NCBI GenBank assembly: GCA_008086245.1 | Contig: VSIX01000003.1 | Span: 1-64,000 of the forward strand | Source: Candidatus Mcinerneyibacterium aminivorans | GTDB lineage: Bacteria; Macinerneyibacteriota; Macinerneyibacteria; Macinerneyibacteriales; Macinerneyibacteriaceae | Length of the DNA stretch: 64,000 nt | Direction of reading: 5' to 3' | Shown: positions 53,029 through 61,467 of the stretch, in pieces | Position numbering within the stretch: the stretch's first letter is position 1 | Layout of the letters: each line of letters opens with the position of its first letter | Program-made: the position numbers and the translations under genes | Notes under the pieces: generated by a model | The model's database searches: none | Told to the model about the DNA's origin: nothing | Seen by the model: the letters and a program-made list of their open reading frames with translations, nothing else

Positions 53029-53125
53029 TAAATATTGAAAAAATTATATATTTATTGAACTTAATTCTTTAAAAATATTATTATTAAATTATAATAGAAA
53101 TGGACTTTTATTTGATAGGAGAAAT

Positions 53126-54989
53126 ATGGAAATCAATAAAGTGGTAAAAGCAAGAAATTTGAAAAGCATTAGAGAGATGATTGACCAGCTTGATGATGAT
53201 AGGATGAACAAACCCGCTCTTACTATGCTTGAAAATGGTAAATATAGAAGCCTATCATATGGGGAAATGCAGAAAAAAATAAGGTTTCTGGCCAATGCTT
53301 TATTAAAAATCGGTATCAGAAAAGGGGATCATATTGGTTTAATTTCAGAAAACAGGAATAAATGGATAATAACATATCTGGCCGTTACTTATATAGGTGC
53401 TATTATTGTACCTTTTGATAAGGAGCTTCATCAGGATGAGTTAACCCATATTATAAGATCCAGTGATGTTAAGTATATGTTTTCTTCAAAATCCTATTTG
53501 AAGAAAATTAAAAAAGCATTCGAATTTAACAAAAATATAAAGAAGATAATTTTGTTTGATTTTCATGATATTCTGAATCATAAAAAAAGTATTTCGGTAA
53601 TAAAAAAAATTCTGAAAAAAGATAATTCGGTATCCATGGATTATAAAAAGGAATGGAAAAATTTAACAATGAAGGAATCAAAAAAGGATACTCCTTTCAT
53701 GGAATTTGAATATTTACATATAGATTCATTATTTTTACTTGGAAATATTATGTCAAAAAATAACGAAAATCTCTATGAAAATGTGGATGTAGATAAAGAG
53801 GAAATTGCTGCAATAATCTATACTTCAGGAACTACCGGCCTTCCTAAGGGAGTTATGCTCACGCACAGGAATCTGGTTTCTAATGGTGATGCAATACAGC
53901 AAACAACAGAAACTTATCCCGATGATAACTGGATCATTATTTTGCCTCTACATCACACATTTCCAGCTATAGCCGGAATATTCGTGCCCATTTTAACCTA
54001 TGCGAATATTACAACTGTTGCAACGATAAGATCGGATGTTATGATTAAGACTATGAGAGAAACGGAAGTATCAATTTTTCCAACAGTTCCTGTAATCGTT
54101 GAAAAAATGTATAAGAAAATTTTATCAAATGTTCGAATGGAACCTTTTTTTAAAAGAATTTTATTTCATATAATGTTTTTTATCTCTTTTTTTCTGTATA
54201 AAACATTTGATATAAGAGTAGGGAAATATTTGTTCAGTTCCATACATGATAAACTGGGAATGAATAATTTTAGATTTTTCATTGTCGGTGGCGGAAAGCA
54301 GTCCCCCGATATAATAGATAGATGGAATGGCGGCATTGGGTATAAATGTATATGAAGGATATGGACTTACAGAAACTTCCCCTGTGGTTGCTACCGGCAA
54401 TCCAGTTCATCATAAGGTAGGTTCTGTGGGATTACCTCTGGTTAATGTAGATGTAAAGATTGAAAATCCAGATGAAGAGGGAAATGGAGAAGTTCTTGTT
54501 AAAGGAGAAAGTGTAATGAAGGGTTACTACAAGTTACCTGAAAAAACAGAGGAAGTCTTGGATGATGAAGGATGGTTTCATACTGGAGATATCGGTTATA
54601 TAGATGATGAAGGATATTTATTTATTACGGGACGTTTAAAGAATGTAATAGTAAATAAGAGCGGCAAAAATATCTATCCGGAAGAAATTGAAAATAAGAT
54701 ATTAAAAAGTGAATATGTAGATGAAGTAGTTGTTATAAGCCAAAAAGATGAAGATAAAAACGAATATCCATATGCAGTTATACATCCAAACATGGAAGCA
54801 ATTTCTTCTCTGGAAACAGAAAAAAATAAAACATACAGCAATGAAGATATAAAAAATTTAATAGGAAAAGAAATGGCAAAAGCTATAGAAAAACTTCCCT
54901 ATTACAAAAAGCCTTCTGGTTTTGAAATAAGCTATGAGGAACTTTCAAAAACATCAACAAATAAAGTGAAGAGATATCTGTATGAATAA
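53126..54989 (+). pseudogene. Long-chain-fatty-acid--CoA ligase (AMP-binding enzyme) interrupted by a single-nucleotide frameshift near 54320-54330
   Basis: Track ORFs 53126..54355 (YTSGTTGLPKGVMLTHRN AMP-binding motif) and 54327..54989 (EGYGLTETSP, WFHTGDIGYIDDEGYLFITGRLKNVIVNKSGKNIYPEEIE) are two halves of one enzyme in adjacent frames; removing one A from TGGAATGG restores ...SPDIIDRWMAALGINVYEGYGLTETSP... Confidence 0.6.
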
Positions 54990-55151
54990 ATAATTATTTA
55001 TTATATCTTTTTCAGATAAAATATTTAATTTAAATTCGTAAAAAATTTTCAAAATAGGGTTGACACTTATTAAAATATACTATATATTGTAGGGGTAGGC
55101 ACAATTAAAACTATATATTGTGGTATTTGAATAAATTAAAAAGGAGGATTT

Positions 55152-57224
55152 ATGATTGAAAAAATTAAGAAAAGAAACGGGGAAGTTGTAGAATTTGAAC
55201 CTGCAAAGATTGAGGAAGCTATTTTTAAAGCTGCCAAATCGGTTGGTGGAAGTAATAGAACCCTTGCAAAATCTTTAACTGAAACAGTTGTTTCAGAATT
55301 AGAAGAGGAATTTAAAACGGAAATTCCTGATGTAGAATCAGTTCAGGATACAGTTGAAAAAGTTCTTATTGAAAACGGACATGCCAAAACTGCAAAGGCA
55401 TATATTATTTATAGAAAAGATAGAGAAGTTATCAGAGACACAAAAAAATTAATGCTTGATGTTGAGAAGACAATTGATGGCTATGTAGATATGAATGACT
55501 GGCGTGTAAATGAAAATTCTAATTCCGGTTATTCTTTTTCCGGACTTTTGATGCATACGGCTGGTTCTGTTCTAGCCAACTATTCTTTAAAAAAGGTTTA
55601 TACCGATGAAATATCTAATGCTCATCGTGAAGGAGATTTTCATATTCATGATTTAAGCATGGGTATAGCGGGATATTGTGCCGGATGGTCTTTACAGGAA
55701 CTGCTTGCTGAGGGGTTTAATGGAGTATCCGGAAAGGTAGAATCAAATCCTCCAAAACATCTTTCCACTGCTTTAATGCAGATGGTTAATTTTTTAGGAA
55801 CACTTCAAAATGAATGGGCAGGTGCACAGGCTTTTTCATCTTTTGATACCTATCTGGCTCCTTTTGTAAGAAAAGATAATCTTTCATATGATGATGTAAA
55901 GCAGGCTATTCAAATGTTTGTTTTTAATTTAAATGTTGCATCCAGGTGGGGAGGACAGACTCCTTTTACAAATATAACCCTTGACTGGACTGTTCCGGAG
56001 GATATGAAAGATAAAAATGTCGTTTTTGCCGGAAAGGCAATTGATGATAAATATGGCGATTATCAGGAAGAAATGGATATGATAAATAAAGCATTCTTAG
56101 AAGTAATGCTTGAGGGTGATGCTACCGGGAGGATTTTTACTTTTCCTATTCCAACTTATAATATTACCGAAGATTTTAACTGGGACTCCGAGAATGCAAA
56201 TCTGTTATTTGATATGACTGCTAAGTACGGGATACCATATTTTCAAAATTTTGTAAATAGCACCTTGAAACCAAGCGATGTAAGGTCAATGTGCTGTAGG
56301 CTCCAACTTGATTTAAGAGAACTTAAATCAAGAACGGGGGGACTCTTCGGCAGCGGAGAAAAGACCGGTAGTATAGGAGTTGTTACAATAAATCTTCCAA
56401 GAATTGGATATCTATCATCAACCAAAAATGAATTCTTTGGTAGGCTGGAATATCTAATGGACCTTGCAAAAGAGTCCCTGGAAACAAAGAGAAAAATTGT
56501 AAAACGAAATATGGAAAATGAATTGCTTCCTTATTCTAAAAGATATTTGGGATCGCTTGATGGTCATTTTAATACAATAGGCCTTGTGGGTATGAATGAA
56601 GCACTTCTTAATTTTATGAATGAAAATATTGGCTCAGATGAAGGAAAAGAGTTTGCCGAAGAAGTGCTAACATTTATGAGAAATAAAATAACCGATTATC
56701 AGGAAGAAACCGGACATATCTATAATCTTGAAGCCAGCCCAGCTGAAGGAACATCTTATAGACTGGCAAAAATTGATAAAGAAAAGCATCCAGATATCAT
56801 AACACAGGGAGAAGAAGAACCTTACTACACAAATTCATCACAGCTTCCTGTTCATTATACTGAGGATATCTTTGAGGTGCTGGAGAATCAGGATGATTTG
56901 CAGACAAAGTATAATGGCGGAACAGTCCTTCATATATTCCTGGGTGAGGATGGACCTGATAGAGAAGCTACAAAAAAACTTGTTAAAAAAGTTGCTCATT
57001 CATATTCACTTCCCTATTATACTATATCTCCAACATTTTCAGTTTGTGATGAACACGGATATTTTAAGGGTGAACAGGCTAAGTGTCCTGAATGTGGGAA
57101 AGCAACCGAGGTTTACAGCAGAGTAGTTGGTTATTATAGACCCGTTAAACTATGGAACAAGGGGAAAAAAGAAGAATTTAAGGAACGAAAAGAATTTAAC
57201 TTTGAAGAAACTGAGGCTAAATAG
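55152..57224 (+). CDS. nrdD: Anaerobic ribonucleoside-triphosphate reductase (class III RNR) with N-terminal ATP-cone
   Basis: C-terminal glycyl-radical motif RVVGYYRPV and Zn-ribbon Cys (CDEHGYFKGEQAKCPECG); 690 aa. Confidence 0.9.
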   Translation: MIEKIKKRNGEVVEFEPAKIEEAIFKAAKSVGGSNRTLAKSLTETVVSELEEEFKTEIPDVESVQDTVEKVLIENGHAKTAKAYIIYRKDREVIRDTKKLMLDVEKTIDGYVDMNDWRVNENSNSGYSFSGLLMHTAGSVLANYSLKKVYTDEISNAHREGDFHIHDLSMGIAGYCAGWSLQELLAEGFNGVSGKVESNPPKHLSTALMQMVNFLGTLQNEWAGAQAFSSFDTYLAPFVRKDNLSYDDVKQAIQMFVFNLNVASRWGGQTPFTNITLDWTVPEDMKDKNVVFAGKAIDDKYGDYQEEMDMINKAFLEVMLEGDATGRIFTFPIPTYNITEDFNWDSENANLLFDMTAKYGIPYFQNFVNSTLKPSDVRSMCCRLQLDLRELKSRTGGLFGSGEKTGSIGVVTINLPRIGYLSSTKNEFFGRLEYLMDLAKESLETKRKIVKRNMENELLPYSKRYLGSLDGHFNTIGLVGMNEALLNFMNENIGSDEGKEFAEEVLTFMRNKITDYQEETGHIYNLEASPAEGTSYRLAKIDKEKHPDIITQGEEEPYYTNSSQLPVHYTEDIFEVLENQDDLQTKYNGGTVLHIFLGEDGPDREATKKLVKKVAHSYSLPYYTISPTFSVCDEHGYFKGEQAKCPECGKATEVYSRVVGYYRPVKLWNKGKKEEFKERKEFNFEETEAK

Positions 57225-57257
57225 CCTCGGTTTCTTTTAATTTCTTGGAGAATTATT

Positions 57258-57944
57258 ATGATTGGAATGGTTGATTTAAAAGAGACTACACTAATTGATT
57301 TTCCGGGTAAAATTGCAGCTACTGTATTTACACAGGGTTGTAATTTTAATTGTGCATACTGTCATAATAAAATGCTTATAGGTCAAAATATTGAAGATGT
57401 AATTGATCTGGATTCATTTAGAGAGTTTATTCAAAAAAGAAAAAATTTCCTTGAAGGAATAGTTTTTACAGGAGGAGAACCTCTGTTATATAACGATCTT
57501 GGAAAAGTATTTAAAATTATTAAATCTGAGGGGTTAGATGTGAAACTGGATACAAACGGCTCTCAGCCAAAAAAATTAAAAGATTTACTTGATAAAGATC
57601 TTATAGATTATGTTGCAATGGATGTAAAGTCCGATTATAAGAATTATGAAAGTGTTATTGGCAGGGAGTTTGATCTTAGTAAAATAGAAAATTCGATAAA
57701 AATTATATCCTCTTCAAATATAGATTATGAATTTAGAACAACAGTTATCCCGGAAGTAACAACAATAAAAACAGTAAAAACTATATTAGAGGATATTCTT
57801 CCAGAAGATGTCAAAAAATATGCATTACAGAGATATCAGACGGTGGAGGGTTATATACAAATTGAACATACCAAAGAAGACTGGCAGGAATATATTGATG
57901 AATTCGGAAAATATGATTTCGTTGAGTTTCGGGGAAACTTTTAA
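57258..57944 (+). CDS. nrdG: Anaerobic RNR activating protein (radical SAM)
   Basis: CNFNCAYCHN CxxxCxxC motif; 228 aa; follows nrdD. Confidence 0.85.
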   Translation: MIGMVDLKETTLIDFPGKIAATVFTQGCNFNCAYCHNKMLIGQNIEDVIDLDSFREFIQKRKNFLEGIVFTGGEPLLYNDLGKVFKIIKSEGLDVKLDTNGSQPKKLKDLLDKDLIDYVAMDVKSDYKNYESVIGREFDLSKIENSIKIISSSNIDYEFRTTVIPEVTTIKTVKTILEDILPEDVKKYALQRYQTVEGYIQIEHTKEDWQEYIDEFGKYDFVEFRGNF

Positions 57945-57945
57945 T

Positions 57946-58007
57946 TGTAAAATCCATAAATGGATTTTACAGAATCAGAACCAGAGAAAATCTCTTTGAG
58001 ATTTTCT
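57946..58007. repeat. Two consecutive near-perfect palindromes immediately after nrdG
   Basis: TGTAAAATCCAT-AA-ATGGATTTTACA (57946-57971, 12-bp arms) and AGAAAATCTC-TTT-GAGATTTTCT (57985-58007, 10-bp arms); neither is followed by a T-run. Confidence 0.6.
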
Positions 58008-58072
58008 AGAATAAGAATAAGTCTAAGATTAAAAAAATAAATAAGGAGTAAAAGATTTAATGAATATACAAT

Positions 58073-58107
58073 AGGATTCTAATTAAAGTTAATAATTGAA
58101 TCCTTTT
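58073..58107 (+). terminator. Terminator-like hairpin with T-run upstream of the small-ORF pair
   Basis: GGATTC-(18 nt)-GAATCC followed by TTTTTGTTTT. Confidence 0.35.
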
Positions 58108-58124
58108 TGTTTTAAGGAAAATAT

Positions 58125-58394
58125 ATGAACTGGGAAATGCTTGTTGCAGCAATTGGAGCAGCAGCTTGGATCCCTAAATTCGTTGAATATTTAAAACCCT
58201 GTAGAATTAAAATTAAATTAATAAGTGAATATAAAAATTTTGCTAAGAATCCTTTTAATAATAAAAACGGTATAATATATTTATTTAAAATGGGACTTGT
58301 TTCGCTAAATAAATCCTTTTCTATTAAAGATATTGAAATAAATATTAAATATAAAAACAGGGGTAAAAAGAAATGTGAACGTATTATTTGGTGA
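58125..58394 (+). CDS. Small lysine-rich hypothetical protein (first of a tandem pair)
   Basis: 89-aa ORF with good RBS (AAGGAAAA-7 nt-ATG); protein-like composition, whereas the overlapping minus-strand ORF looks like poly-Phe antisense noise. Confidence 0.4.
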   Translation: MNWEMLVAAIGAAAWIPKFVEYLKPCRIKIKLISEYKNFAKNPFNNKNGIIYLFKMGLVSLNKSFSIKDIEINIKYKNRGKKKCERIIW

Positions 58395-58397
58395 AAT

Positions 58398-58661
58398 TTG
58401 AGCTTTATTATCGATGGTAGACAAAAAGAACTTGATATACAGATGGATAAATATTTAAGGAATACTGTTGTTTTAAATAAAAATAAACCAATTGTAAGAT
58501 ACATATCATTTTTTGTGAATCATAAAATAGATGAGAAATATGAATATATTGAATTAATATTTATAAATTTTAAAGGTAAAAAGAAAAAAATAAAAATTAA
58601 TAGTTCGGATATGGGGGAGGGTAAATATCTTTTTGATGATTGTATCTGGAAAGAAAGATAA
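58398..58661 (+). CDS. Small lysine-rich hypothetical protein (second of the pair; same frame as the first, separated only by TGA)
   Basis: 87-aa ORF starting at TTG with no convincing RBS; first internal ATG at 58443; weak internal similarity to the upstream ORF (..IEINIKYKNRGKKK.. vs ..IELIFINFKGKKKK..). Confidence 0.3.
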   Translation: MSFIIDGRQKELDIQMDKYLRNTVVLNKNKPIVRYISFFVNHKIDEKYEYIELIFINFKGKKKKIKINSSDMGEGKYLFDDCIWKER

Positions 58662-58717
58662 AGGGTATATACATTAAATATAGGAAGCTAATTTTAATAT
58701 TTAACAATTTATAAGTT

Positions 58718-59464
58718 ATGAAAATAGAAAAGTTAAATAAAAAAATATTAAAATGCAAAAAATGCAAACTTCACAAAACCAGGAATATTCCCGTTGTGGG
58801 GGAGGGTCCTGTCGATTCAAAATATATGCTTATCGCCCAGGCTCCGGGGAGAATGGAAAATATAGAAGAAAAAATGTTTGTGGGTCCCTCGGGAAAATTT
58901 TTACAAGAGATATTTGAAGGCATCGATTTAGATTTAAAAGATATTTATAAAACTAATCTTCTCAAATGCTGGATTCCCAAATCCAAAAGACCTAACCTGA
59001 AAATCATTGAAAGCTGTTTCCCCTACTTGAAGAAAGAAATTAAGGAAGTGAATCCCGACTATATTTTTGTTCTCGGTTTTTATCCTACAAGAAGAGTGTT
59101 TGACTATTTTGATATTCAGATAGGGAACAGACAGGAATATAAAGATAACTTTGCAAAGCTTTTCTGGAAAAGGGAAACAAAACTAATACCATTACCTCAT
59201 CCTGCGGCAGCTATTTATAATGGAGATTTAAAAGAGGGAATGAAAAAATTCTATAAAAAGATTAATATTGTAACTCAAAATTGCAAATGGTATGAATTAT
59301 GCCCCATGAGAAGATACTATGAGCAGGGGAAACTGAATCGTAAATGGATAGAACTTTACTGTAGGGGTGACTGGTCCATATGTAAAAGATTTGAAATGGA
59401 AGAAAAAGGAAAATACCATCCAGATAACATGCTTCCCGATGGCAGTATCGCTAAAAATTTCTAA
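58718..59464 (+). CDS. Family-4/5-type uracil-DNA glycosylase ([4Fe-4S]) with Cys-rich C-terminal extension
   Basis: Motif A GEGP (VVGEGPVDSKYMLIAQAPG), Fe-S Cys pattern CKKC...LKCWIP...ESCFPYL; an extra ~60 aa carrying C-x5-C...C-x6-C. Confidence 0.7.
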   Translation: MKIEKLNKKILKCKKCKLHKTRNIPVVGEGPVDSKYMLIAQAPGRMENIEEKMFVGPSGKFLQEIFEGIDLDLKDIYKTNLLKCWIPKSKRPNLKIIESCFPYLKKEIKEVNPDYIFVLGFYPTRRVFDYFDIQIGNRQEYKDNFAKLFWKRETKLIPLPHPAAAIYNGDLKEGMKKFYKKINIVTQNCKWYELCPMRRYYEQGKLNRKWIELYCRGDWSICKRFEMEEKGKYHPDNMLPDGSIAKNF

Positions 59465-59673
59465 TATTTGGTGCCCGGTTCTATTCTGGAAACGATTCTA
59501 AAATCTCAAAAGAGATTTTTAAAAGTTATTGCGAGCAAACAAAATAAGTACAGCAATCTCGAGTACTGCTTTGGAATTACATACAACTATTTACTATTTT
59601 TTAAGAGATTAATTCTAAAAGTATTTTGAGAAGATTCCTGAACTACGAAATGATAAAAGTAATACATATTCGT

Positions 59674-59699
59674 CAGTAATTTTCATTACTTATTTTTTG
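59674..59699 (+). terminator. AT-rich intrinsic terminator (AGTAAT-TTTC-ATTACT + T6)
   Basis: Hairpin plus TATTTTTTG. Confidence 0.35.
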
Positions 59700-59711
59700 A
59701 AATTATGCAAA

Positions 59712-59738
59712 TCCCGGCCGAAGTGCCGGAATCTTTTT
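59712..59738 (+). terminator. GC-rich intrinsic terminator (CCGGC-CGAAGT-GCCGG + T5)
   Basis: ATCCCGGCCGAAGTGCCGGAATCTTTTTGT. Confidence 0.55.
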
Positions 59739-59845
59739 GTATAACTTTTAATTTAATTTTTTTACTGGAATACATTTAAATATCTTCTTCAGAGGAATTA
59801 CTTATAAATTTTTACTTAAACTTTAGCTTTAACTTAAACTAAAAA

Positions 59846-59867
59846 CTCTCCCTGGAGATTTTTTTAT
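59846..59867 (+). terminator. Terminator-like hairpin (TCTCC-CTG-GGAGA) followed by a T8 run
   Basis: CTCTCCCTGGAGATTTTTTTAT; the 3-nt loop is tight, so this may be only the T-run of a longer structure. Confidence 0.35.
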
Positions 59868-59950
59868 GGGCCAGCTTGACTGAAATTTTTAATTGTGTTT
59901 TCTGATTCTCAATCTTAATCCTGGTCTTAGTCTAAAAACCTGGATAAAGA

Positions 59951-59987
59951 TTTTCCATTTGCAATTCGCCATTTTCCATTCGCAATT
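59951..59987 (+). repeat. Tandem 16-mer direct repeat TTTTCCATT(T/C)GCAATT x2 at 21-bp spacing, just upstream of the miaB -35
   Basis: TTTTCCATTTGCAATT (59951-66) and TTTTCCATTCGCAATT (59972-87); followed by TTGATT-N16-TAGAAT and an AGGAG RBS for miaB. Confidence 0.5.
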
Positions 59988-60053
59988 TAAAAAAAGGGTT
60001 GATTATTTTCAGCTTGATATTAGAATTTCTGTAAGCAGGAGCGTGAGAAAAAT

Positions 60054-61352
60054 ATGAAATTTTATATTGAAACATATGGATGTCAGATGAATGAGTACGA
60101 TACTGATATACTGATTTATGAATTTTTAAAAGAAGGTTATGAACAGACAGAAGATATAAAAGATGCAGATATAGTTATTTTTAATACATGTGCAGTAAGA
60201 CAGTCAGCTGAGAATAGAGTTCACGGTCAGCTTGGACATATGAAGAGAGAAAAAGAGAATAACAGTTTCATACTTGGTGTTATGGGTTGTATGGCTCAGA
60301 AGGAAGCAGAGAAATTGAAGGAAACCCATCCCCACATAGATTTTGTACTGGGCACAGATTTTCTCCACAGAGTAATCCCGGCGATTAAATATCTGGATAA
60401 AAATAGAAAAGAATCTATAGTTAAAACAGAAAATGACAAACCATTTTTGGAATTTGAAGATATCGGAAGGAAAGAACCCCAGCTTCAGGAATTTGTTTCT
60501 ATAATGAGGGGATGCGATAATTTCTGCACATACTGTATTGTTCCCTATGTGAGGGGGAGGGAGAGAAGTAGAGATTATAGTAAAATCGTGAAAGAAATTG
60601 AATATCTTGTTAAAAATGGGACCGTGGAAGTTACACTGCTGGGCCAGAATGTAAACTCATATCAGTATAAAGATGTTGATTTTTTGAAGCTGGTAAAAAA
60701 GATATCAAAAATTGAGGGGTTAAAGAGAATTCGGTTTACTACTTCCCATCCAAAAGATATGACTCCCGAAATACTGACTGAACTTATGTCTATTCCTAAA
60801 GTTTGTGATCATTATCATCTACCCCTTCAGGCTGGGTCAAATAAAATATTGAGTAAAATGAACAGAAAATATACAAAAGAACATTATAAAAAATTGGTGA
60901 AAACAATAAGAGACAACAGCCGATTTGCTTCGATTACAACCGATATGATTGTTGGGTTCACCGATGAAACAGAAGAGGATTTCCAGGAAACCCTGGAACT
61001 TGCAAAATATTCCGAATTTGATTCTGCTTTTGTTTTTAAATATAATCCCAGACCTAAAACAAAAGGTTTTGAAATGGAGGACAATGTCAGTGATGATGAG
61101 AAACAGAGAAGGCTGGAAAAACTTAACAAACTTGTCAAAAAACTTGCCAAGAAAAGAAATAAAATGTTAAAAAACGAAGCCGTAGAAATTCTTGTTACAG
61201 GTAAAGGCAGTAAAACAGAAAATCAATATAAGGGTCGCACCGAATCAAATAAGATTGTAGTTTTTGATTCCGAAAAAGATTTAATCGGTAAATTTGTAAA
61301 TGTAAAAATTTATAAAATATCGGGATGGACCCTCTATGGCAAATTGATATAA
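60054..61352 (+). CDS. miaB: MiaB-family radical-SAM methylthiotransferase (tRNA 2-methylthio-N6-isopentenyladenosine synthase-like)
   Basis: MTTase N-domain (FYIETYGCQMNEYDTD), radical SAM CDNFCTYCIVP, C-terminal TRAM domain; 432 aa. Confidence 0.75.
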   Translation: MKFYIETYGCQMNEYDTDILIYEFLKEGYEQTEDIKDADIVIFNTCAVRQSAENRVHGQLGHMKREKENNSFILGVMGCMAQKEAEKLKETHPHIDFVLGTDFLHRVIPAIKYLDKNRKESIVKTENDKPFLEFEDIGRKEPQLQEFVSIMRGCDNFCTYCIVPYVRGRERSRDYSKIVKEIEYLVKNGTVEVTLLGQNVNSYQYKDVDFLKLVKKISKIEGLKRIRFTTSHPKDMTPEILTELMSIPKVCDHYHLPLQAGSNKILSKMNRKYTKEHYKKLVKTIRDNSRFASITTDMIVGFTDETEEDFQETLELAKYSEFDSAFVFKYNPRPKTKGFEMEDNVSDDEKQRRLEKLNKLVKKLAKKRNKMLKNEAVEILVTGKGSKTENQYKGRTESNKIVVFDSEKDLIGKFVNVKIYKISGWTLYGKLI

Positions 61353-61410
61353 TAAAATTATTGAAATTGAGCTCTTAAATAATGTATATAACTTTATAAT
61401 TTGACTTTTC

Positions 61411-61439
61411 ACGCTATTACTATATAATTATTGTAATAG
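61411..61439 (+). promoter_or_regulatory. Candidate sigma70-type promoter for the T9SS cargo gene (TTGACT-16 nt-TATAAT)
   Basis: TTGACT at 61411 and TATAAT about 16 nt downstream, about 30 bp upstream of a GGGGG RBS and ATG 61468. Confidence 0.35.
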
Positions 61440-61467
61440 TTATTAATAATTTTCAAAGGGGGCGGTT

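Noticed and set aside
58392-58394. In-frame TGA between the two small ORFs read as selenocysteine
   Set aside because: There is no Cys-x-x-Sec or redox motif context. TGA is clearly used as a normal stop elsewhere (for example the gene ending at 2485). No SECIS-like hairpin is obvious. It is kept only as a low-probability alternative.
58112-58504. Minus-strand 130-aa ORF opposite the small lysine-rich ORF pair
   Set aside because: Its poly-Phe/Leu/Ile composition is the mirror of a Lys-rich sense strand. The plus-strand ORF has the RBS.
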